Part shown: positions 11,166 to 20,993 of the stretch, piece after piece
Layout: every line of letters begins with the position of its first letter
Position numbering within the stretch: the stretch's first letter is position 1
Source: Chara braunii
Taxonomy: Eukaryota; Plantae; Charophyceae
Assembly (NCBI GenBank): GCA_003427395.1
Contig: BFEA01000001.1
Span: 11,941,651 to 11,994,986, forward strand
Direction of reading: 5' to 3'
Length of the DNA stretch: 53,336 bases
Notes under the pieces: generated by a model
Seen by the model: only the letters and a program-made list of their open reading frames with translations
Told to the model about the DNA's origin: nothing
Database searches by the model: none
Program-made: the position numbers and the translations under genes

Positions 11166-11715
11166 TGTGAGGAAACCCGGGGACGGAATTGCCAGGGGCT
11201 GCGGTGTCTGTCGCCCGCCGTTACCCTCCGTGCCTGCTTCCGAGGTCCTCAACAGCCTGACATGGAAGCGGGGTTGGAATGCCTGTCATGCCCCCGCTTA
11301 AGAGCTGGACTTGAAGCCCTTTACCGCACACTGAAATAGGAAAAGAAAATAAATAAAAATAACATAAGCAGATCTGACCGGCAGATCTGAGATGTGGGCT
11401 GAAACTCCCTCTTGGGTCTTACCTGCATAATCTCAGATTTGCAGGGGCATATTTAGAATTTTCTCAACAGAAGTATAAACAGCAAACCAATCGTTTCTGT
11501 AAATACGGCCACACAGTGAACTTTGCACACGGGGATGACAGCGAAAGTCAGTTGAAACCTGAGGGGTATGAGTGCAATTTGCCCAAGATCACCCACCATC
11601 CGCAGAGATAAAAACGCTGAAGCAATGAACTTCACTCTCAGATTTGGCAACCCTTCTGTGTTTCTTTTAATTTTACTTCTTACCTCAATGGATGGTTCTT
11701 TCTACGATTCCTGTA

Positions 11716-11756
11716 CTCCCACAGGTAGGGTTTGAACCTACGACCAATCGGTTAAC
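11716..11756 (-). pseudogene. trnN: 3' half of organellar-type tRNA-Asn(GUU)
   Basis: Minus strand gttaaccgattggtcgtaggttcaaaccctacctgtgggag matches the trnN-GUU 3' half starting at the anticodon. Confidence 0.7.
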
Positions 11757-12274
11757 CACGTATAGTATAATATAAAATACGGGTTTACTGTGGGACGCTT
11801 TGATCCGAAAGTGACTTTCTCTCTGTCTGTCTCTCGGTCTTTCTCTCAGTCTCCTCACTCTACGTAAATCTCATGCCTTCAATGCCCTGCTGCCAGAAAT
11901 GGAGTACCAGTCAGATCTTCGACAGCTGGATCTGAGTGCTATCTGCCATAGCGATAAAAAGCTGCCATAGCGATAAAAAGTAACCATTCGAACCATCACC
12001 GAAACACCTGCAGTTCAATGGCTGGGTGATAATCACACTGGTCCTGCTGACCAAGAACAGGTTTGAGCTAGGACTGCTTCAAGTCTTTGGCTGTTGCAGC
12101 AGCGATCTGTCAGCTAAAATCGACCTGGAGGAATTCGATGACTAGGCAATTTCGACAGTTATCGTTACTCCCGCCGTTTACCTCCATTTGGCAGAATCTC
12201 TTCACTTTGATATTTGCTCACAGTGGCGGAGTCTCACATGCACCGCAAGGCGTCACTCAATGCATTCCCCTAGA

Positions 12275-13800
12275 GTGAGACTGATTCTGAAATGTCTCAC
12301 ATACCCGTGATTGGATGCTTGACTGCACTCCACTATCACGGGATTACTGATTCTGAAATATTTCAAAAGTAAATAAAATCCACACATGCTTTTTCAGCCA
12401 ATCAGGGGAGCTATAGCATGCAGCCGTCTCATACCACGAGATTACTGATTCTGAAATATTTTGAAAATGAATAAATCAATAAATGTTCTTTTTAGCCAAT
12501 TGCTACAGTGGGTTTGCACTTGACTGGACTCGTTAGCCAATTGCTACAGCCTCTTGATTTATACTTCTGTAACTCGTTGGTCTGCCCCTTTCCCAGGCCC
12601 TTGGTGTACACAGTCCCACACGGTACTTGCTTGACTGGACTCTGACTGACTGGGACCGGTACCGCTGACTGCATGGGTTTGCACTGCCAACTCGATGCAG
12701 TCGCACTGCCGACGTAATGCAGTTGGGCTCACCACTTGCCCACTTGCGTCTGACTAAACGTGAGACACTTCGAAAGGCCACTTCCGGAAGTCTGTGGACT
12801 TGGCCTTTCGGTACTGTAGCAGCTATGACCTTGACCTTTCAGGACTGTAGCAGCTACGACGTTGACCTTTCAGGGCATCTACAGCCACGACCTCTACAGA
12901 GCTGTGACTCCTGATCGACAGATGTACATATCAAACCCCTGCCACTACACAGACCTACGACAGACGACAAACAACTACCAAAACACAGATCGCGGGTTCA
13001 ACCACTCGGGGTCGACTCAATACTGTACATGGGTAAAGTGAGGTCTGGGGATCGAACTCTAGGGCCCGCATCTGTGAGTGCAGAAAGGTGAAAACCGTTT
13101 CACAATCAGCGAAGCGATAGAATGCAGCCCTCTCATAAGGAGCTTGAGACTCAGCTGATTTCTCATGATTACGTACTTGACTGCACTCCACTATCACGGG
13201 ATTGTTGATTCTAAAATATTTTGAACATAAATAACTTAATAAATGTTTTTTTAGCCAATCAGCGGAGCAATAGAATGCTGCCTTGTCAGGGCGCTTATGA
13301 CTCAGCTGATTGTCCGTAATTGGGTGCTTGAGTGTACTCCACTATCACATGATTATTGATTCTGAAATATTTCAAAAATAAACAAGGAAATAACGGCGAT
13401 CACGACATGTCTTGAAACTGTAAAGGAAAAAAAAGCTTGCGCCGGCAAAGAAATCACACCCCAACGTGAAACGGGTGACTTCGGTCGAAAAGTATCCGTT
13501 GGGCATTTTTTTTGTTTTTTTTTGTTTTCCCCTTTGACACCATGGCCGACCCCTGTAAATATGACACCCGGTCTGACACCACGGCCGTTGGTACTTCTGT
13601 CACCTTTTTGAACTCAGCGCGATTTTATTTACCGATGCGTGTTTTTTTTACCCATTGGATACTCGAAGGTGACATGAACGTACTTACCTCATAAATAAAA
13701 CAGTAAATGTTTTCTTTTTCAGACAATCAGCACAGTGATAGAATGCAGCCCTCTCATAAGGAGCTTGAGAGTCAGTTGATTGCCTGTGATTGGGTGATAG
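12275..13800. repeat. Interrupted degenerate about 150-bp repeat family
   Basis: ccactatcac.ggattactgattctgaaatattt.aaaa..aaataa...ttagccaatcag recurs at about 12331, 12440, 13188 and 13339 (151-bp spacing of the last two), with a partial copy at about 13715; interrupted by unrelated DNA at about 12510-13095. Confidence 0.75.
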
Positions 13801-14088
13801 TGCCTGCTCTTTATTTTCAACTCCATCTTTCTTTACGTCACTTCTCTCCTGACTGTGTTGAGTTGTCTGTCAAAACTCATGGCCACTGTCACTTTGTTCA
13901 TGCTTGCCAGGAGTTATAAATACCTACAGTGGATTTTTCACTTGGGTGGAGCACTACTGAAAGTCGGCGTGACCAATCTATTGTCGACCATACGCGATCA
14001 ACCATATCAGTCGAGACAGCCTCAAGCATGATCGTAATTTGATTTGGTCAGTAATAGCCCGCAGTTGAATATCATGATGTATTCAAGC

Positions 14089-14170
14089 GACGCTGGACCC
14101 GGTTTCCAGCAGGCTTTGCTCCCCACCAATAGACAGAGCCTGTCTTTTCAAAAAAAAAAAAAAAAAAAAA
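14089..14170 (+). mobile_element. Short LINE 3'-end insertion with poly(A)
   Basis: gacgctggacccggtttccagcagg..tgctccccaccaatagac.gagcct followed by an A-run. Confidence 0.75.
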
Positions 14171-15864
14171 GCCTGGTTGAGTTGGGCAGTTCATCGACTC
14201 AAAATTTGAATGGTCTTGGACGCGCGTGGCACCTGGTTCAGAAAGAAGTGCCTTTCAGTGTGGCAGCTTCTTCCGTGAGTTGATCCATGATCTCTCTTGC
14301 AACTTTTTCTCTCAGCCTTCCTTCTCACTTCTACTCTCCTCATCACGTATTATTTTTTTATGTCGACCTTCTTCTACTAATTCCCCGCCTTTCTTAGCTG
14401 CGGGCGTCCTTGTCTTACTTCATAGCCATTGTGCAAGAGCCCGCTTCATCTTGTTGGTGTGCTCGAACAAGCGTTAACCCCTCAGTCCAGAATGCCCCTT
14501 CTTCCACCATGTCTGTTTCTCCATGGCCAGTGTATACCTTTTCCGTCGTCATCTCCCACATGCTTGTCTTTTCCCTCCTCGTATCGCCTCCGTGGGCGGT
14601 GTATATCTTGGTGGGCGTTGTTCACCGTGAATGTTGTGGTTCGCCCAAGGCGAACTCCTTGGCAGCTCCTGAGGCCACCAACTGAACTGGCTGGTGCATG
14701 TGTGCCTGTGGAGACGGCCTGGTCTCGTCCACAAACCACATGCCCGGGAAACAGATTCAGCCTGGGTAGTACAGCTAGACCTCAGGCCTGGTGCCCTCGG
14801 ACCAACAGCAGAGCCTACAAAGCGCTGATACCAGCTTGCAGCAAGGCGCCTTATAATAAATTTTGTACGAAGCTAGTGTTGTCTTATCTTCAGCTAAAAA
14901 GTCTCACGTTATCATCAAGTGAAAATGTCACATAGTATTTGGCCGCCAGAAAAGTAGAAACAAGCGATGAATACAAACAATCAATCAAAAATACTACATG
15001 GTACACTATTACACATTCATAGTCCATGTAGAAAGCAAGTTAGCAAAAGATCTCAAAACTGACGTGTTGTTTGAAAACTCCGCGAAGCCCTAGTGACAAG
15101 TGTCATTGAGCCACAACCTTCGGAACACTCAACCCCGCATAACACACGACACACATAAATGTAATAATTCTGGGTTTGCGGGCACGTAAAAATTGAGGTC
15201 AAAATAGAGCTAGTAAAATAGGAGCGATCGGGGTGATAATAGCAGGAAATATAATTGAGGGTGTACACCGAAGCGATAGCGATAATGATGAGAATCTGGT
15301 TTCTTCTCATCCTTCATTGATATTCTTTTGGTTTGTAATACTACCGCATAAAATAATTAAAATCCTGGCATCGACTTGGTCGTGCAAAAATGCGCCTGCG
15401 GGCGTCAACGACCAAGGATCAGGACAACGCAGATTTAATTCTACGACATAGAGACAACTCCCGCCTAGGGGGAATTTAATATTGGATCTTTGGACTTCAA
15501 GTTTTCGAACATACATATTGCTATTTTCAATTAGATTGGAGAAGATGAGAATACAATGTAATAGAATATTGCATTTCATTATTATAAGAATAGTAATTAA
15601 TAGATAGAGAATAAGATGAAAAGAGAGTAAGGGTGAAGTAGCCTCATAATGGGTGTGTTACGAGTATGACAAAATAATATGTTGGAGATTTGACAATAGG
15701 TCGTGTCAAAGAATGGAAGGGCAAAAAACAGGGGTTGACCTAGGTACCATTTCTTTTACTGCTCGTTCCCTAGCACCATCCCTCAATTTTCTACCATCAG
15801 ACCAATGTAAGGTTGAAATTGTCCCATTCCGGGTGACTAACAGACTTTGGTCGTCCGATACCAC

Positions 15865-16080
15865 TACTAGCTATCGAACAGGTTAAGGTATCGTTCGTTA
15901 GTGTAATTAACTTCACAAATCACTCCACCAATGAAGAAAGATCGTGGACCACCACTCATAAAATCAAGAAAGGTGTCTCAATTTGTCAATCCTTGCTATG
16001 TACGGGCCGCGTGAGTTTCCTCAAATTGCATTAAATTAAGCCGCAAGCTCCACACTTGGGGGTGTCGTTGCATTAATTAC

Positions 16081-16117
<37 letters not shown>

Positions 16118-16690
16118 GTAAACTTTGATTTCTCACAAGGTGCTGGCAGAGTCATCCAATAGACATCCGCCAATTCATAGTCAGCATTGTTTATGGTTTA
16201 GACTAGGACAGTATTTGATCATCTTCGATCTGCCAACTTTCGTTCTCATTAATGAGAGCGTCCTTGGTGAATGCATCCGTGAAAATTCATGATCCATAAA
16301 TCCAAGAATCTCACCCTTGAAAATGGAATGCAAATGTCCACAACCATCTCCTTCAATCACTACTACAGTCCTCAAAACCAACTACATATGGACCAAAGTT
16401 TTGTCATGTTATTCCATGTTAATATGTATATAACATAGGCCTACTTTGAACACTTTAATTGAACAATTAACAGTGCCGGCAAGAAAGGCATCCCCGACAA
16501 GAAAGACAAAAGGGTCACTATACACCCGCAACAGTGGATCGACCCCTCCCACCAAGAATCTAGCCACAAGCTTTTATCAAACATCGCCGACAAGAAACGC
16601 TTCCTCGACAACAAAGACGAAAGTGTTATTACACGCCGGCAACAGTGGATCAACCCCTCCCACCAAACATCTAGCTCCAAGCTTTCTAAC
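15865..16690 (-). pseudogene. Decayed nuclear 18S rRNA fragment (middle of the gene; V4 part tandemly duplicated)
   Basis: Reverse-complement 18S landmarks aagtttcagccttgcgaccatactccccccggaaccc, aaattaagccgca.gctccac, ataaatccaagaat and tgttattccatg; about 108-bp duplication at 16475-16690. Confidence 0.9.
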
Positions 16691-16699
16691 TTTGTGTGC

Positions 16700-16933
16700 C
16701 CCTGCCCATAATTACGGGCATACGCGAGGAGGGCCAGATAGGGCAAGAAATGGGTTTTCTATGCCCAAACACTAGGGGCACGCTTTAACACCCCCCTCGC
16801 CCCCCCGCCATGATTATTCGCGTAGGAGAGAAGGCTAGATAGGTCGACAAATAGGTTTTTTTGCCTAATATTGGGGGTGTGCTTCACTCGCCCCCGCTAT
16901 GGTTGCGCGCATACAGAGGAAGGGCCAGATATA

Positions 16934-16935
<2 letters not shown>
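16700..16935. repeat. Degenerate about 95-bp subrepeats x3 (possibly rDNA spacer-derived)
   Basis: g.agggc(c/t)agatagg...taggtttt..tgcc.aa.a.t.ggggg...cgccccc recurring. Confidence 0.55.
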
Positions 16936-16964
<29 letters not shown>

Positions 16965-17013
16965 TTAAAAAAAAAAAAAAAAGTCTTGTCACGTAAGGCA
17001 AGGGTGGATAATG

Positions 17014-17109
17014 GCAGGTGATGCTCCCCACCAATAGATGGAGCCTCTCCCTAGGTGCTAGTGGTGTCTGCTCTTACCAGCACCACTAACATTGGAGGAG
17101 AGTTTCCAA

Positions 17110-17138
<29 letters not shown>
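17014..17138 (+). mobile_element. 5'-truncated LINE 3' end with poly(A) and 17-bp TSD
   Basis: TSD ggcaagggtggataatg at 16997-17013 and 17139-17155; shared motif gcaggtgatgctccccaccaatagatggagcctctcc; A-run 17108-17133. Confidence 0.85.
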
Positions 17139-17140
<2 letters not shown>

Positions 17141-17594
17141 CAAGGGTGGATAATGTGGCACTCACCTCAATATACCCTTTGGTTGCAGTTTTCCATCGAG
17201 TCAAAAGTGACACTCCCTCTTGGGCAAAATTGGACAATGTGGTATACATACACGTAGACACACCGAGTCACAAACATATAGAGAGTGGCACAAAGACGTA
17301 CAGACACGTCCATACATGTCGACGCGCACTAAGAGAAAGATGGCATGCCACAATGACTAAATGTAGGTAAATTGGTAATGTGGCACCCACCTCAATATGG
17401 TCGTGGTCGCAGTTGTCCTTGGAGCCGAAGGCGATAAAAGGAAGATCAAACAAAAACAACAAAAATGGAAAAAAGAATAAGGAAACGAAGTGGTCTTTGG
17501 CCCTTGTGCAAGGGCGACTACTCTCTCCACACAGATGACCAACATTCAAGCATTTGAGGAGGGGTGAGGAGCAAGGAGGAGGGGGAAACCTTTA

Positions 17595-18212
17595 AAACAA
17601 AGGGCCGAATCTCAACAGATTGTGACGACAAGGCCCTTTTACTTCTTACAACATTTGGGTTCCCTGCTCAAGTCGTTTGCAAAGGGTTTAACTCCCCGAG
17701 TGAAATAAATTAAAATGAAGATAATATTTGCACGACGATGCTCTTCCGCAGGAGGGACCACTCTGAACTTATGCTTTCGTGACCAGACAGGGGAACCCTA
17801 TCGACAATCATGTGTTCTCCTAGGAGGCAATTGCCATCACTGCAAGCACAAATTTTGTCGTAGAGGTGTTCAATCATAATCCCATGCATGGTAGCTTTGC
17901 ACCACTAACTTTTCAGCCAAACACAGTTGTGAATCGTGCGTGTTGGGATGGATTACCATTGCGAGAATGGTGCATCAGTTGGGTAAAACTAATCTGTCTT
18001 GCGACGGTTTAAAGTTTAAACCCAACTCACATTCCTTGATTGTGAGGAAAAATCCAACAATTGGTGAATTCTGCTTCACAATGATAGAAAGAGTTGACAT
18101 TGAAGGATAAAGAAATAATGTCGCTTTGAACATTAACTGCCACAAGCCAGTTATTCTTGTGTAAAGTTCCTGACAACTCGAACTTCAATCCTTAATTCTA
18201 AAGGATCGATAG
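17595..18212 (-). pseudogene. Decayed 25S rRNA, 3'-terminal part
   Basis: Reverse-complement LSU landmarks gaatctca, catcagt.gggtaaaactaa, tggtgaattctgcttcacaatgatag, ctgccacaagccagttat and aaaggatcgatag. Confidence 0.9.
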
Positions 18213-18255
18213 ATATTTTTTTTAATTAGAAAAAGGGTTGCGGGGTGTCACTCTT

Positions 18256-18596
18256 GGTTAACGGGGACCCCAACTTTTAGCTCCTGACTAATGTATATAA
18301 GATGAGAAAAAATAAAAAAGAAAGATCTATCAAGTATTCATATTGCAATGAATATATAAAATACACAATATGAATATATCAAATATCGAGATGTCAAATA
18401 TAAATCTTAAAATATACTGTAAATTTGATTTTTTAACTTTTTTTAACTTTTTTATTTAATGTTTTTGTTTTTGTTTTTGCAGTTAGTAACTATGGTCTCT
18501 ACTCTATGACTTGGTGGCAAGTTTGGTTGAAATGACCCTTGGATTTTGTTATAAATGGCATGACAAGTTGTCTGAAAATTATGGTCTCCGTTAACC
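18256..18596. mobile_element. Possible MITE (AT-rich, imperfect about 27-bp inverted termini)
   Basis: ggttaacggggaccccaactttt versus aaaattatggtctccgttaacc; no clear TSD. Confidence 0.5.
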
Positions 18597-18599
18597 GTC

Positions 18600-19288
18600 T
18601 TTCCGGAGTGTTGAGGATATGACTCAGAGAGGGTAGATCCACTGCCTGAACCCAGAGAGAGAGAAGCATCGTGCTCTCACATATGACCCAGGGAGGATGT
18701 CTGACAGAGGGTTTCCCGCGCCGGGGTCAGCCCCACTGGCGGTGCAGCGGGCCCACCCACTACCAAGTGATCTCTCAAGGAAGGAGCACTCGATCCTCGC
18801 AACCCACCCGGGAGTATCGGCCCAGACCGGCGCTACCAGGCCGCCAGCGGCAGGGGTCACCCCTCCCCTACTCAGGACTTCACCTCCCTGTGGCTCCACT
18901 GTCGGGAGGCTTCCACACCACAGTCACAGTGGTGCCGCTGGGACGCGCCAGCTCCTGCTAGGGGAGGGGTGACCCCCTCACCCCTCCCGCACACTCCAAC
19001 TGAGCCTGCCCCTCCCGGAGCCACTTCCCCCCCATGGCCACGACAACCCCAAGGGGAGGCACACGCTCAACCGTTGTGGGGACCCAGGAAAGTACGGTTG
19101 GGATCCAGAGCTGCAGAGCCCTGTGTACTTCCGTGCCCCTGGGAGCGCGCGCACTCAGTGTGTGAGTGGTAGTGCGTCAACCTAACGCCGTGGCGGCGAC
19201 ATATGCACGAGGTTGCGGATTTGAACCCGCAACCTCAGACCACAATGTGCATTTCCAACCGGTGCCCTAACCACTGGGCCATCCGCCA
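18600..19288 (-). mobile_element. tRNA-headed SINE-like element
   Basis: Minus strand begins ggcgga-TGGCCCAGTGG (A box)...GGTTCAAATCC (B box), with the B box inside a 10-bp stem gaggttgcgg/ccgcaacctc; GC-rich body; interrupts the 25S pseudogene; 3' boundary uncertain. Confidence 0.7.
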
Positions 19289-19290
19289 CT

Positions 19291-19970
19291 CACGCTCTCA
19301 CAGTTTGTATTCGCACTGAAAATCAAAATCAAATGAGTTTTTGGCATTTTGCATTTTTTCTCCACTTGAGATTTTTGTTCTTATTGAGTTCATCTTACGA
19401 CACATGCGTTATGTTCTAACAGATGTGCCAATCTAGCCAAACTTCTCACTTCACAATATCTTTCACTTGGATCGGGCAGTCCACGAGGACCTGCACCTTG
19501 AATCGGGAAATAGGGGCAAAGCCCCGACTCCACCTTAAAGAAATAAGCGAAAATAACATTAAAAGTAGTGGTATTTCACTTGCATCGTAAAACTCTTACT
19601 TTGTACACCACTCAAGTCGTTTCACAAAGATGAACTATAGTGAAGCTCACAAGGGTCTTCTTACGCCGCCGATTCTTCCAAGCCTTGGTTGTGGTTTCAC
19701 ATGATGGTAGATGACGATACTGAGAATTTCGTTATTTCATTCATGTGCGTGACTAATTAGATGACAAGGCATTTGTCTGCCTGAAGAGAGTCGTAATTAC
19801 TCTCGTCGTTTATCGACATTTGGTTGAATCTCTTTACTTCAACGTTCATAGCATTGGGTAAAACACATAGTGCGTAAACATCCTTTGGGACCATCGCAAT
19901 GCTTCGTTTCAATTAAATAGTTGGATTCCCCTTGTCTGCACCAGTTTTAAGTTGGCAGTTTGATGCTTAG
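19291..19970 (-). pseudogene. Decayed 25S rRNA, continuation
   Basis: cacgct.tcac.gtttgtattc.cactgaaaatcaaaatcaa resumes where 18212 stops; further landmarks aaaagtagtggtatttcac, actaattagatgac.aggcattt and ggattccccttgtc. Confidence 0.9.
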
Positions 19971-20024
19971 AGAGAGTTCCGCACTCTCTCCCGCACAACG
20001 ACATACAAACACATATCCATACAT

Positions 20025-20678
20025 ACACCTATTTAGCACATGAGGTCTTATTTGTTAATGAGATTAACCAAACAAATCATTGCACCAACAGAAAATGACC
20101 ATGCACCACCACTCAAAGCATCAAGAAAAAGTTGTCAATCCGTCAATCCTTGCTATGTATAGACCTGGTGAGTTGCCTTGTGTCGAGTCAAATTAAGCCA
20201 CAGGCTCCACGTATGGTGGTGCCCTTCTGTCAATTCGTTAAAGTCATTCAATAGACATATGTCCTCCCTAGTGGGTATCGTTATTGTTTAGTCTAGGATG
20301 GTATCTTATCGTCTTCGATCCCTCACCTTTCGTTCTTGATTGATGAGACCATGCTCAACAAACGCTTTTGTAGAAGATCGTCATCCATAAATCCAAGAAG
20401 TTAATCTCTAACAATGGAATACGAATGCCCCTAATTGTCTCCATTGAACATCACTCCAATCCCTAAGACAAACGAATAGGACAAAGCCCAATTGTGTTAT
20501 TCCATGCTAGTATGTTCAAATCAGAAGCCTACTTAGAACGCTCTACTATTTTCAAAGTAGCAGCGCCGACTTTGGACCCCAACCAATGCAAGCAAGGAAC
20601 GCATCCGCAGCGAGAAAGGTGAAAGAGCTAATACACGTCCGCAAGAGCAGACAGACGTCTCCCACGCAAAATCCATCA
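20025..20678 (-). pseudogene. Second decayed 18S rRNA fragment (same region as 15865-16690, with an internal deletion)
   Basis: ccatgcaccaccac, gagtcaaattaagcc.caggctccac, ggtggtgcccttc.gtcaattc, ctttcgttcttgatt and tgttattccatgcta. Confidence 0.9.
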
Positions 20679-20680
20679 AA

Positions 20681-20718
<38 letters not shown>

Positions 20719-20768
20719 CGGTTTTATTGATTATACACGACCTAATTCCATGCCCTACTTTAGAGCAT

Positions 20769-20993
20769 GGGCTATTTGAATGTTTACGAGTGACCACGAG
20801 TTCTCTTTAGGGGGAGAGTATGTTTTGTGGGGCGTGAAAGTTGTGGGCTATTTGAATGTTTACGAGTGACCACGAGTTCTCTTTCGGGGGAGAGTATGTT
20901 TTGTGGGGCGTGAAAGCTGTGGGCTATTTGAATGTTTACGAGTGACCACGAGTTCTCTTTGGGGGGAGAGTATATTTTGTGGGGCGTGAAAGT
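20769..20993. repeat. 76-bp minisatellite x3
   Basis: gggctatttgaatgtttacgagtgaccacgagttctcttt...ggggcgtgaaag at 20769, 20845 and 20921. Confidence 0.95.

Noticed and set aside
9713-11339. Poly-Leu/Val/Ser/Thr/Ala ORFs
   Set aside because: Translations of trinucleotide microsatellites
19209-19288. Genuine tRNA gene
   Set aside because: A and B boxes are present but there is no closing acceptor stem or canonical anticodon arm
15865-20678. Functional rRNA genes
   Set aside because: Fragmentary, heavily substituted and interrupted by insertions
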